IMG/VR virus record: IMGVR_UViG_3300017987_000015
Span: 4,965 to 68,964 of that record
DNA from: a virus
Length of the DNA stretch: 64,000 nt
Strand: one strand, 5' to 3'
Position 1 is the stretch's first letter. The number at the start of each line of letters is the position of its first letter. The notes under the pieces were generated by a model. It searched no databases. It saw only the letters and a program-made list of their open reading frames with translations, and was not told the DNA's origin. Below, piece after piece: positions 37,030-47,015 of this stretch. The position numbers were made by a program, and so were the translations under genes.

Positions 37030-37385
37030 TGGGGAACAAGGTTCAGGCTTTCGAGCATACCTTTCATAGCGGAACCAAGACAACAGGGAACGGCACCGCC
37101 ATGGATGTTGGGGGTCTATCTGGCGTGGCTGTCCAGATCAGCGGCATTTCTAGCGACACCATTACCTGGGAGGCTACCATTGACGGCAGCAATTGGGTTG
37201 CAGTGCGGGCGATGAATGCTAACGATGGGGCGGTTGCAACCACTGCCACCGCCGACGGGATCTACATCGTCCCGGTTGCCGGCCTCGACCAGCTCAGGGC
37301 CCGTGTAAGTACCCATGGATCCGGCACGATCAATGCTGTGGGGAAGGGCGTCACCAATGCGGTATCTGTGGGGTTGAAGACATGA
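37026..37385 (+). CDS. Small beta-sandwich virion (decoration-like) protein
   Basis: VQISG...TITWEATIDGSNW...LRARVS pattern. Confidence 0.55.
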   Translation: MMGNKVQAFEHTFHSGTKTTGNGTAMDVGGLSGVAVQISGISSDTITWEATIDGSNWVAVRAMNANDGAVATTATADGIYIVPVAGLDQLRARVSTHGSGTINAVGKGVTNAVSVGLKT

Positions 37386-37538
37386 CGGAATGGGAAAGCG
37401 ATCCGGCTTTCATATTGTACTCGGCATTCGGGTGTGTAGTGGGATTCATTCTGCTTGTGCTATTGATTCGCTGGGGCGTCGAGTGGGCCATAAAGATTCT
37501 GGCTCGGCTAATAAGCGGGTGGTAGGGGGAGACAGCCT

Positions 37539-40205
37539 GTGGCCAATAGACTGGCAAAGATAGCCGGCCAACTCGGCGCGGCTGTCGGCACCTTTCAAAA
37601 GAATAGGATGCAAGCTGTGCGGGGGAAACGGGCCCCGTTTCTGGCATCTATGGCTCAGCAGGGCAAATGGCGGGGGAGCGGCAGCGGATCAACCCGCCAA
37701 GCCCAGCGTCGGGCAGTCCAGAACAGTTGGGTGTTTGTGGCTTGCTCCTTCATATCTCGACAGGTCAGTGCTGCGGAATTCCAGGTATTCAAGCACCAGA
37801 AGGGGAAAAAGGACCCGGTGCGGGTGCCCGGCCATCCTCTGGAGGTTGTACTGCGCAGGCCCAACCCCTGGATGGGTAGCTCGTATATGTGGCAATACTC
37901 GGCCTGGTGGCAGCAACTGAATGGAAACTCCTATTGGTATTTGGGGCTGGACCGGGGAGGGGAGCTGGCAGAAATCTGGCCCATGCCGTCGGAGGATGTG
38001 GAACCGTTCCCAGGAGACGAAGAACGGTTTGTGGACTTCTATCGTTACACGGTGGGGGGGCATGCCTATGATATCCCGGCCGAGTATGTGGTTCACACTA
38101 AGCTGGTTAACCCCTTCGATGTCTTTCGGGGGATGAGCCCCCTGAAAGCAGCCATTTTGCCATCGGACGTGGATCTGTTCATGTCGAGGTGGAATGCGGC
38201 ATTTTTCGGTAGAGACAACACTATGCCCTCTGCCATTATCAACATTTCGAGTGAGGACCCAGAACATCCTCTGGAAGATTCGGACATAGCGGCCCTGAAG
38301 GAGGATCTTAGGCAGGATTACCACAGCATCAAGCGCAAGGCCGCCATCGTCAGCGCGGCCAAGCTGGAGGTGGAGCTCCTGGGGTGGAATCCCAAGGATT
38401 TAGATTTTATCCAGGGCAGACAGTTTACCAGAGAGGAAATTTATGAGATATACGGCATTCCCCCTGGATTGCTGGACAAGAATGCCACCTATGCCAATAG
38501 CGCTAATGCTCGAATGGTCTTTAACAATTACACACTTTGGCCCCTGCTGGTTCTGACAGCGGAGCAGCTAACGGCGGAGCTCGTTTGGCCCTTATACGGG
38601 GAATCGTTCTCGGCCGGGTTCATCGATGTTAGGGAGACCAATAGGGAAACAGAGCTTCAAGAATTGGGCTCAGCCGGCCCCTACCTAACAATCGACGAGA
38701 TCCGGGCCAAATTCTGGAAATTGCCCCCTCTACCCGATGGCCGGGGAGAGATCACTGCCGATGAATCACAGCGCGGGGATCTGGGCGGGGGCGGGGACAA
38801 CCTGTTCGGCAGGGAACCGCCGGCGGGGCGGCCACCCGAAGGCCCCCCATCTGAGAGCCCACCGCCCAGCGATAAAGATCGGAGCCTGCCCCTTCGGGAG
38901 CCGCCAGCAGGGCAGCCCCTCCTCGAACCCGGGCCCGCAGATGAGCCCCCCAAGGGCAGCGCCAGCAATGAGCTGAGAGAGAGAATCGGCCGGCAGGATC
39001 TCCGGAATTGGAGAACCAAGGCAATTCGCAGTGTATCTAATGGGGAACCACTGCCAGTGGGCTTTCGTAGCAAGTTCCTGCCGGGGGAAGCCAAGACTGC
39101 AGTCTCCTCTGGGCTAAGGGCGCTGCAGGCCGTGCGCGGGGCTGCCGCGGACGATGTGGTGTTGAATTCTGTGAAGGCCCTATTTCAGGAGGTCAAGGTA
39201 AAACACTACCCTTTTGATCGGGGGGGTGCAACGGCCCCCATGAAGGCAGGGAGCAGCCGCCCATGGGATAGATTGGAAAGAACCGTACGCAAGCAAGTCA
39301 AGGAGGCGTTGGAGAGACAGGTTGGGCGTATCCTGGACCGAATTACAAAGGACGGGGAGGCCGTCGTAAATGATGAGGCCTTCTGGACCGAGCATCGACA
39401 ATCTATCCTGGATTCTTTAATGAACAGCCTGTCCAGGATCACCGAATTGGGGGTTGATAAAGCCCGCAGTAAGGTGAGGAGGGATGTAAGGGATTCGATC
39501 GATTGGGACCTTGTCAATAAGAGAGCCGAGGATTGGGCCAGGCAGCATGCCGCCGATCTGGTGACCCAGGTCACAGAGACTACCAGGGAGGAAATGCGCA
39601 GGGCTGTGGGGGATTGGATCAACTACGGGGAAGCCCTCCCAGACCTACAGAGGCGCATAGAGGGCATCCTGAAGGAGGCCGAGGGGGACGCAAGAGAGGT
39701 TGCCGACAGGATCAAGAGGATGGTAGAGGAGCTGAAGGATAGGCTCCCAGATGAGACAGAAGAGGCTATCCTCCAGGCCATCCAGAGGGCGGGTGGTGAT
39801 GTGGCCAGGTTGCGACGGGAATTGGGCAAAGTGGTAGGCAAGCTGGATGTGCCGTCATTGGTGGAGGTCCTAAAGCCCAGGGTAGCAGACCCAGCCAAGA
39901 TCAAAGAACGGGCCCGCTTGATTGCGCAGACCGAATCGACGGGGGCGTATGCCTCGGGGAATGCGGAGGCGTGGCAAGAGGCTGGAGCGAAACCGGCTGT
40001 ATTCAAACCGCCGGCCCATCCGGGATGCCGCTGCTATCTGCAACCAAAGAAGCTGGGGGATATTTGGGTGATGGTTTGGTACACTGCCCGTGATGAGCTG
40101 GTATGCGAAGCTCCGATCGATACGCCTTGGGGCAAGGTCAATGGGTGCAAAGCACTGCACCGAGTGGTGGTGTCTGAGGGGCCCAAATTGGGCCGAAGGG
40201 TGTGA
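37539..40205 (+). CDS. Portal protein (HK97 family) fused to a MuF-like minor head domain
   Basis: HPL..L.RPNP, GNSYW, FRGMSPL, IYGIPPGLL, ATYAN, TIDEIR; C-terminal RARLIAQTE...PPAHPGCRC. Confidence 0.9.
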   Translation: MANRLAKIAGQLGAAVGTFQKNRMQAVRGKRAPFLASMAQQGKWRGSGSGSTRQAQRRAVQNSWVFVACSFISRQVSAAEFQVFKHQKGKKDPVRVPGHPLEVVLRRPNPWMGSSYMWQYSAWWQQLNGNSYWYLGLDRGGELAEIWPMPSEDVEPFPGDEERFVDFYRYTVGGHAYDIPAEYVVHTKLVNPFDVFRGMSPLKAAILPSDVDLFMSRWNAAFFGRDNTMPSAIINISSEDPEHPLEDSDIAALKEDLRQDYHSIKRKAAIVSAAKLEVELLGWNPKDLDFIQGRQFTREEIYEIYGIPPGLLDKNATYANSANARMVFNNYTLWPLLVLTAEQLTAELVWPLYGESFSAGFIDVRETNRETELQELGSAGPYLTIDEIRAKFWKLPPLPDGRGEITADESQRGDLGGGGDNLFGREPPAGRPPEGPPSESPPPSDKDRSLPLREPPAGQPLLEPGPADEPPKGSASNELRERIGRQDLRNWRTKAIRSVSNGEPLPVGFRSKFLPGEAKTAVSSGLRALQAVRGAAADDVVLNSVKALFQEVKVKHYPFDRGGATAPMKAGSSRPWDRLERTVRKQVKEALERQVGRILDRITKDGEAVVNDEAFWTEHRQSILDSLMNSLSRITELGVDKARSKVRRDVRDSIDWDLVNKRAEDWARQHAADLVTQVTETTREEMRRAVGDWINYGEALPDLQRRIEGILKEAEGDAREVADRIKRMVEELKDRLPDETEEAILQAIQRAGGDVARLRRELGKVVGKLDVPSLVEVLKPRVADPAKIKERARLIAQTESTGAYASGNAEAWQEAGAKPAVFKPPAHPGCRCYLQPKKLGDIWVMVWYTARDELVCEAPIDTPWGKVNGCKALHRVVVSEGPKLGRRV

Positions 40206-40732
40206 TGCCTGACGCTTTCGAGATCCATGGCGTAGACGAGCTGAAGCAGTTCGTGGACCATTTTGTCAGCACTGCGTATCTGACAGCAGCCAAGATGGGA
40301 ATGGAACACGCCTTGATGTTGCTGCACGGCCGGCTCCCTGAGTATCCTCCGCCCCCAGAGAAGGGGGAAGCATCGAAGCACTGGACAGATAAGCAGCGGC
40401 GGTGGTTTTTCTGGGCCCTGAAGAAGGGCTTAATAGAGGCGGAATACAAACGGACTGGGACTCTGGGCAGGAAATTCACGACCGAGGTCCGGGTCGAGGG
40501 GGTGGACATCAGTGGGTCTTTTGGCAATGACTGCCCGTACGCCCCGTGGGTAGTGGGTCCGCCGGAATCCGAGCCCCTAACGTTTGGTGGGGTGATAATG
40601 TTTCAGGCCCCTATCCATCGGGGGAGATGGTGGCAATTCTTCGACGAGGTGAAGAAGAACCTGCCGGACGCAGAGAAGGAGCTCGTATCTGTGGTGTGGA
40701 CGGAGATCGGAAAAGCCTGGGAGACCGCGTGA
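40202..40732 (+). CDS. Neck/head-completion-like protein
   Basis: YKRTGTLGR...YAPWVVG...QAPIH.GRW pattern next to the portal. Confidence 0.5.
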   Translation: MMPDAFEIHGVDELKQFVDHFVSTAYLTAAKMGMEHALMLLHGRLPEYPPPPEKGEASKHWTDKQRRWFFWALKKGLIEAEYKRTGTLGRKFTTEVRVEGVDISGSFGNDCPYAPWVVGPPESEPLTFGGVIMFQAPIHRGRWWQFFDEVKKNLPDAEKELVSVVWTEIGKAWETA

Positions 40733-41526
40733 TGGCAGGGATGGCGGCGATTCGACTCCCTGGGTCTTTAATAGCGGCCTGCAGGGCCTATGTCCGGGAA
40801 ATAAAGAGAATAGAGCGCGAATTCGAGCGCTACTACCCCAAATTGCCGGCGGGATCTCTCACGGTGATAGAGAGGGATCGACGCAGATTGCACGATCGGG
40901 TCATCGCTGAGTTGCGAAAGATCGGGGCCAGATCCCTGGAGAGAGCAGACGCTACTCTATTGGCATACGCCATAGTCGACGGCCAGTACACGGGGCAAGA
41001 AGACCCAAAAGAGTGGCTGAAGAGGGAGGGCTGGTTGGTGGATGCCCCACAGCATTCCAAGGCCGCATTATTGGAGGACATCATCGTTGACGAAGTTGCC
41101 CGATCTCTGAAAGCCCTGGGGATCCGAGTTGTCTCGGTCAAGGCCAGGGGCCAATTGTTTCGGGAGCTCCAGGCTTTGCGGGGGAGAATGGCCAGGGCGG
41201 CCCAACGGGTCTATGACCGGTGGCAGCCTGGAGACTATGGCGGTGGCGGTGCCTGTGACGACATAGCGGGCGCGCTCCTCGATGTGGCCCTAGATGCTAG
41301 GAGTGCGGACGGGGGGCGGGTAGCCGGTTGGGCAGCAGATCACGCTTTCGCTCTGGTCTGGAGCGATGAATTGGGAGAGGCATGCAGAGTTGACATCTCA
41401 CCCTACACCTACGAGACCGGTGGAGGTTACAATTGGGACAAGATCGAGGGGGTTCGATTCTCTTCAGGCGATGTCTATGTCGAGGACATCTCTGAGGATA
41501 TCGAGCACATAAAAGGGGGGCATTGA
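40732..41526 (+). CDS. Candidate cargo polyprotein with a C-terminal Cys-His-Asp domain
   Basis: Internal ARS, SKA, LKA, VKA sites; GACDDIA...HAFALV...RVDI. Confidence 0.6.
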   Translation: MAGMAAIRLPGSLIAACRAYVREIKRIEREFERYYPKLPAGSLTVIERDRRRLHDRVIAELRKIGARSLERADATLLAYAIVDGQYTGQEDPKEWLKREGWLVDAPQHSKAALLEDIIVDEVARSLKALGIRVVSVKARGQLFRELQALRGRMARAAQRVYDRWQPGDYGGGGACDDIAGALLDVALDARSADGGRVAGWAADHAFALVWSDELGEACRVDISPYTYETGGGYNWDKIEGVRFSSGDVYVEDISEDIEHIKGGH

Positions 41527-41527
41527 G

Positions 41528-41893
41528 ATGGGAAGGAATCGAATGGCCGAAGGATTGGTCAACAGGATAACTGCCCAAATTGTTGGCGTACGCTACCCGG
41601 CCAGTGGGCTAAAGGCCGGATTTGGGTCTGTGGAGGGCCTAATCCAGGCGATGAAGCGGGCCGGCTGGAGAAACGTGACAGAATCTGGGGACGCGGTTAT
41701 TGGAGAGGCCCGCACTTCTGCCGGCGAATTCAGCATAGAGGCTGTGCAAGCGGTGAACAATGGCGGTGAACCCAACTTCTGGAGTGTGTTCGGCATCATC
41801 GATGACCTTGATGCTGAGGTTCACATGCGATACTCCTTGGGGCGGGTTCCCGGGCCCAGGGATGTGGAGAGAGTGATCGAGCGGGAGCTGTAG
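41528..41893 (+). CDS. Candidate capsid cargo protein (leader type A)
   Basis: GLVNRITAQIVG...GLKAG. Confidence 0.6.
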   Translation: MGRNRMAEGLVNRITAQIVGVRYPASGLKAGFGSVEGLIQAMKRAGWRNVTESGDAVIGEARTSAGEFSIEAVQAVNNGGEPNFWSVFGIIDDLDAEVHMRYSLGRVPGPRDVERVIEREL

Positions 41894-41905
41894 AGGGAAC
41901 GGCCG

Positions 41906-44722
41906 ATGCCATATGGTGTATTCAAAACCGGTTCCGGAAGTGACCCCTACTGTGTCTACAAGACTGATGGTGACGGGCACAGAATGGGGGAGGCATTCGG
42001 GTGTCACCCCTCAGAAGAAGAAGCAAGGGGGCAGATTATGGCTATAGGGGCTAGATCCCATACCAGGGCGTCGGTTGGGGATTTTCTGTTATCGGTTAAG
42101 GCCAATGTGGGCGGCCTGATGGAGGGCCAAATCCATCAGGTGTTTTCCGTCATCGCCGATCAGCTCTTGCAATTGGGCGTGATTGACAGAGACCAGCGTA
42201 TAGAGCTGTCGTCAGCCATTGGGGATTCATTGGACAGCTTGCACAAGGTCATCGAGAAGCACGGCCTGGACAACACCGAACTGTCTGCTGAGGCAGTGGA
42301 AACCCTGATGGGCGGCCGGCTCCTGGGGGGTGGGGAGGATAAGGGAGCTCCTCCTCCAGCCGAACGACAGCCCCAGCCGTCAGCACAGCGTCCCCAAGAA
42401 GAGCAGGCGGCTAGGGCCCTGACGCTTGAGGAAACCCTGGTTTCATCGGGTAGCGGTCTTAAGGCTGTGGGCGATGGCTGGGTAGAGGGATATCTAGTAG
42501 TTTGGTCTCCCAACAAGCAGCGGGATCTGGGAGGCGACTATTTCGATGACAAAACAGATCTCGGCTGGGAAGGGCGGGAAAGCAGAACCGCACTTTACCA
42601 CCACGGCCTGGATCACACGATGGGCAAGAAATCTCTAGGAAGCGGCTGGGAATTTGTGCGGCGCGACGATGTGGGCTTGTGGGTTCGCACACAGTTGGAC
42701 ATGCGCGATCGTTACGAGAGTGCTATCTACAAACTGTGCGAGATGGGCAAGATGGGGCTCAGTAGTGGAACGGCATCGCACATGATAGTCCGTGAGGACG
42801 ACGGCCGCATGGCTAGATGGCCGATCGTTGAGGGCAGCTTTACCCCTGCCCCGATGGAACCACGAACGATGGTCTCCCCTCTGGGTGAAATCGCGGGTAG
42901 AGCGGTTCCGTTTAAGTCTTTGCTGTCAGAACTCGAAGGCGGTGTTATAGGGGCACCTAACGCTAGAGGGCCCGAGAACACTCGCGGGGGGATGGGCAAT
43001 GACGATTGGATTAGTTGGTACCTTGGCATACTGGATCGGGAGGTAAAAGCGATGACAGTAGATGAATTGATTGGGACCCTCAGAGAGTTGGTCCCGGAAC
43101 TGAACGATGACCAGCTACAGCAGATCCAGTCTATCCTCCAGTTGGGAATGGGCGAGACCCCAGTGGGGGGAGACGAGGAAATGCGAGCGTGGACGGGCGG
43201 CGGCTACATCGACCCATGGAAAGCCGCTGCTGAGCTGGACACTATCCTGGACACTATCCAGAGCGTGGTTCAGCTCGATGACGACAAGCTGGCCAAGATC
43301 ACTTCTGTTCTTCAGTTGGCCCTGCAGGGAGCGGCCGAGGAGGCTGGAGAAGGGAGCTATATGGAGGACTACGAGGACGAGGTCGTGGCTCCCATGGCTG
43401 AAGAGGTGGTCGCTGGTGAGGAGGTAACAGAGGAGGAAATTCGATCGATCGTCAGTGATGCGGTGTATGGAGCGATGGGCAGCGGCCCGAGAGTGAGACC
43501 CCGCCGTCGGGCAGTCTCTCGTCCCCCGTATGCTTTCACTCCGTCCGCACGCGTTGGAGGTAACGATATGTCAGCAGGCAAAGCGGCCCAGGTTCTTCGC
43601 TATGGGCATCCGGATGCGGCGGTCAAGGCCATCGCCACAGACTTGTACGGCGGCAATTACGAAGCGCTGCGGTATAAACAGCACAAGGCCTTCGGGGCAT
43701 TCTTGAGACACGGTGAGCGGGCCCTGAGTGATGACTACCAGCGGGCTATGAAGACCGTTGTACTCACTCCTACCCAGTTGAAGGCATTCGCCTTGAGTGG
43801 GGTCGATGTTTCGTCCTTCAAGACCGAGATGTCGGAAGTCGTGGACGATCTGGGTGGGTGGTTGGCCCCAGAGGATTTCCGCACGGACATGATCGAGCGG
43901 CTGCCCGGCTTGACAGTGGTTCGGCGTCGGGCGGATGTGCTGCAGACTGGGTCAGACATGATGTCCCGCGTCAAGGTGACCGGTGGGGGTGATCGATATA
44001 CCTCCGCAGTCCGGGTGACTTGGGTTGGAGATGTGCCTTCCGAGGGAGACGCTGATACCAATCCCACCTTCGGCGTTGAGCGCACGCCGATCCACATTGC
44101 CAAAGCAGTTGTGTACGTCCCCATGTCCTTGCTGGAGGATACGCCCTTCCCGCTGGTGGAGAAGATCAACCAGTGGGTTTCTGAGGCGTATGCCCTCGAC
44201 GAGGATGAGCAGTTTCTGGTGGGCGATGGCATCGCCAAGCCCGAGGGCATCCTGCCCGACGAGGGCAACGGCAACGATCTGGAAAGCGTGGCCTCTGGGG
44301 ATGCCGACACTGTCACGTTCGACGGATTGGTAGGCATGCGCTATGGGATTGGCCGCCAGTATCGGCAAGGTGCATGCTGGACCATGAACGACTCTACCGC
44401 CAGCGTGATCGCCAAACTGAAAGATGGAGACGGGCGGTACCTGTGGCAAACCAGCAATCAGGAAGGCGAGCCGGACCGCATGCTGGGCTACCCGGTGGAA
44501 ACCTCCGAGGCCATGCCAGATGTAGCGGCCGGTGCCTTCCCCGTTACCTTTGGGAATTACAACCAGGGCTACCAGATTGCCGATCGTATCGGCATGAGCG
44601 TGGTTCGGGATGATGTCACCAAGGCGGAGGAGGATCTGGTCAAATTCATCTTCCGGCGTCGGCTCGGTGGTCAGCTCAAGGCTGAGTGGGCCTTCTGCGT
44701 GATGGAGATTTCGGCCAGCTAG
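41906..44722 (+). CDS. Fused prohead protease - scaffold - HK97-fold major capsid protein
   Basis: Protease: VEGY, DLGGDYF, LYHH, GLWV, GLSSG, EGSFTPAPMEP. Acidic scaffold. MCP: GGWLAPEDF, EDEQFLVGDG...PEGIL, MN, LKDGDGRYLW, MLGYPV, FGNY. Confidence 0.92.
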   Translation: MPYGVFKTGSGSDPYCVYKTDGDGHRMGEAFGCHPSEEEARGQIMAIGARSHTRASVGDFLLSVKANVGGLMEGQIHQVFSVIADQLLQLGVIDRDQRIELSSAIGDSLDSLHKVIEKHGLDNTELSAEAVETLMGGRLLGGGEDKGAPPPAERQPQPSAQRPQEEQAARALTLEETLVSSGSGLKAVGDGWVEGYLVVWSPNKQRDLGGDYFDDKTDLGWEGRESRTALYHHGLDHTMGKKSLGSGWEFVRRDDVGLWVRTQLDMRDRYESAIYKLCEMGKMGLSSGTASHMIVREDDGRMARWPIVEGSFTPAPMEPRTMVSPLGEIAGRAVPFKSLLSELEGGVIGAPNARGPENTRGGMGNDDWISWYLGILDREVKAMTVDELIGTLRELVPELNDDQLQQIQSILQLGMGETPVGGDEEMRAWTGGGYIDPWKAAAELDTILDTIQSVVQLDDDKLAKITSVLQLALQGAAEEAGEGSYMEDYEDEVVAPMAEEVVAGEEVTEEEIRSIVSDAVYGAMGSGPRVRPRRRAVSRPPYAFTPSARVGGNDMSAGKAAQVLRYGHPDAAVKAIATDLYGGNYEALRYKQHKAFGAFLRHGERALSDDYQRAMKTVVLTPTQLKAFALSGVDVSSFKTEMSEVVDDLGGWLAPEDFRTDMIERLPGLTVVRRRADVLQTGSDMMSRVKVTGGGDRYTSAVRVTWVGDVPSEGDADTNPTFGVERTPIHIAKAVVYVPMSLLEDTPFPLVEKINQWVSEAYALDEDEQFLVGDGIAKPEGILPDEGNGNDLESVASGDADTVTFDGLVGMRYGIGRQYRQGACWTMNDSTASVIAKLKDGDGRYLWQTSNQEGEPDRMLGYPVETSEAMPDVAAGAFPVTFGNYNQGYQIADRIGMSVVRDDVTKAEEDLVKFIFRRRLGGQLKAEWAFCVMEISAS

Positions 44723-44736
44723 TTTGGAGAAACCCC

Positions 44737-44771
44737 TGCTGGGGGGATGGCCAGCACTTCTCCCCCCAGCA
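44737..44771 (+). terminator. Hairpin downstream of the capsid gene
   Basis: TGCTGGGGGGA...TCCCCCCAGCA inverted repeat. Confidence 0.5.
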
Positions 44772-44797
44772 TACGATAGATAAATGGAGGATAAACG

Positions 44798-45241
44798 ATG
44801 AACGTTCACACACCGAGTGATAGCGTACTCACCAAGCAGGCCCTGGCCCCACAGGACATTGGCACGGGCGCTACCGTCAACGGAACCGGCGTTGATTGTC
44901 TGGGGCATGAGGTGGCCGTGCTAGAAGTCAACGCGGGGGCCATCGATTCTGGGGCCAACAAGAGCGTGACGGTCAAGCTGCAGGAGAGCTCAGATGACGG
45001 AGACTCCGATGCCTATGCGGACGTCACCGACGCCACGACGGGGGCCATCGACAACGACGGGCAGAACGAGCCCTATCTGATCGAGGTCAACCTGTCTGAG
45101 CGCGAGCGGTATCTGCGTGCTGTGGCCACCGGGGGCAGCGCCGATGGCGGCCTGGTCGGGGCAGTTCTCAACCTGTATCGATCTCGTCACAATCCGCCCA
45201 CCCAGGATAATACCGTGGTTCAGATCGGCTTCTCTTCGTAG
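44798..45241 (+). CDS. Capsid decoration/cement protein
   Basis: Directly after the MCP; VKLQESSD...YAD...RYLRAV pattern. Confidence 0.65.
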   Translation: MNVHTPSDSVLTKQALAPQDIGTGATVNGTGVDCLGHEVAVLEVNAGAIDSGANKSVTVKLQESSDDGDSDAYADVTDATTGAIDNDGQNEPYLIEVNLSERERYLRAVATGGSADGGLVGAVLNLYRSRHNPPTQDNTVVQIGFSS

Positions 45242-45310
45242 GGCCTGTCAACACGAATAATCGTGGGCACACGGGGGGCATCGCTCCCCGTGTGCTCCTG
45301 GAGAACAACC

Positions 45311-46162
45311 ATGAATCGTGCACGGCTTATGCTAGAGGCCAGCAGGATGCCCGCACATATGAAGGCTGTAACCAGGGAGGGCCCCTTTCTCAGAAGGGTT
45401 ACTAGAACCAGGGGTATCCTCAGTGCTCAGATTCGCGGGGATCTGGTAGATGTGGCTTTCGATCCCCGCGAGATAAGGATCGGGACAGTTGACAATCTCC
45501 TGTTTAACGCGGCGGGGGACCAGGGCCTGTCTTCTGAACGCGTATCCGGGCCGAAGAGATCTGCTAGAGCATATCAGCTAACTGCCACGTACCGGGTAGA
45601 AGCTGGGGGGAAGGCGATCAATGAGGATCTGACACTCCACGATGCCCGCACTCTGTCCAGCGGAACTATCGCCACCTTGACCGGGCTGAACAAATACAGC
45701 GATCTGGATAAAGTGCAGGGGGCATTCGTGGATTTTGTGGAGGAAAGTGGGCCCGGGAAATTTCCCAATTGGCAAGCGGCGTGGCGGGCTTTCGAGGTGG
45801 AATTAAAGCGTGGCAAAGCCGGTAGAGCGCTCAGCAGAGAGTTGAGCCAACCGATGCGCCTGAAAGCCTCGCGGCTTCTGCTATCTGACTCGGCCCGGAT
45901 TTCCCCGCTGAAGTATGAGATCACCCCAGAGATCGAGGGGTGGATGCAAGATGCTGTGGACGATCTGGACGGCATTTGCAGAACGTTTGCTGCCCTGGTT
46001 AGGGAGTTGACCCACTTACAATCTGCAGCCCCCATATCCGCCCGAAGAATCGGGCATTACGAAGGATTGGCCGAGGCGGTGCAGAAGGCCGCCGAAGCCA
46101 TCAGGCTTCTTCGCAGGGAGCAGCGCCATATGGGGGAGGACCTGCAGACATACGGCAAATGA
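45311..46162 (+). CDS. Candidate cargo polyprotein
   Basis: MKA, GKA (twice) and LKA sites delimit small domains. Confidence 0.55.
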   Translation: MNRARLMLEASRMPAHMKAVTREGPFLRRVTRTRGILSAQIRGDLVDVAFDPREIRIGTVDNLLFNAAGDQGLSSERVSGPKRSARAYQLTATYRVEAGGKAINEDLTLHDARTLSSGTIATLTGLNKYSDLDKVQGAFVDFVEESGPGKFPNWQAAWRAFEVELKRGKAGRALSRELSQPMRLKASRLLLSDSARISPLKYEITPEIEGWMQDAVDDLDGICRTFAALVRELTHLQSAAPISARRIGHYEGLAEAVQKAAEAIRLLRREQRHMGEDLQTYGK

Positions 46163-46233
46163 TGCGCCCGATCCACCAGAGGTCTCTCGGAGGATTGCCG
46201 CAGTCGTGTTATGGGAGATGGGAGACACAATTA

Positions 46234-46539
46234 ATGCCCAATTTGGACTACGCTTTAGCATCCGGATGGGTGACATTTGACCAGCTAAAGGCAGGCGGAG
46301 ACGTCAATGTCAAGCCTCAGATCGATAGATTGGTTAGGGCAGAATACCAGAAGTACAATGCCCTGCTTGCCGATATGCAGATCGCCCGTGGGGCCCGGCT
46401 CAGGAAGTTGGAAAGGCTGCAGGGGCAATGGTCCAGACACATGGGTGAGGTGGACAAGATCGGGAGGAAGGAAAGGCCGGAGTATGTGGATCTGCGGATG
46501 CTGCAGGGCTTGATCAGAGGTCGTCCCCCAACCGCATAG
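46234..46539 (+). CDS. Candidate capsid cargo protein (leader type B)
   Basis: MPNLDYALASGWVTFDQLKAGGD; GGAG RBS. Confidence 0.6.
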   Translation: MPNLDYALASGWVTFDQLKAGGDVNVKPQIDRLVRAEYQKYNALLADMQIARGARLRKLERLQGQWSRHMGEVDKIGRKERPEYVDLRMLQGLIRGRPPTA

Positions 46540-46558
46540 AGAAACAAGGAGGGAAACG

Positions 46559-47014
46559 GTGGCAAAAGGGACTAAGGTTGCGGTGTTGGTTCCGGGAAAA
46601 TACAACGACCAGCATGGCTGCGCGATGAAAAGGAATGTGGGAGATGTTTTCTCCACCCGGCACTGGTATGCCCTCAAGCTGGAGGAGCGGGGATTGGTGG
46701 AGGTCCAGCGGGTCGGGGAGAGCGGGAAATCGCCCTCAGCTCTGGCGACTGCATTGGCGGAAAGGAAAACCGAAGAGCCGGAACCGGAGCCGGAGGAGAC
46801 TACAGAGGAGGACCCGGGGCCCAGGGGTTTGTCGTCTGAGCTATTGGAGGACGCCGGCCTTTCGCCCAAATTGCTGTATGAGGTGATGCAGCGGTGGTCT
46901 ACTCTAGGAGATGTGGCTGATGCCACAGACAGCCGGCTGTGCAGCATTCGTGGGATTGGCCGGGCCACAGTATCTGATATCCGTCAGTTCTTGGAGGAGC
47001 AGGGGATAGAATAA
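46559..47014 (+). CDS. Head-region protein with a C-terminal helix-hairpin-helix motif
   Basis: LCSIRGIGRATVSDI. Confidence 0.6.
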   Translation: MAKGTKVAVLVPGKYNDQHGCAMKRNVGDVFSTRHWYALKLEERGLVEVQRVGESGKSPSALATALAERKTEEPEPEPEETTEEDPGPRGLSSELLEDAGLSPKLLYEVMQRWSTLGDVADATDSRLCSIRGIGRATVSDIRQFLEEQGIE

Positions 47015-47015
47015 G

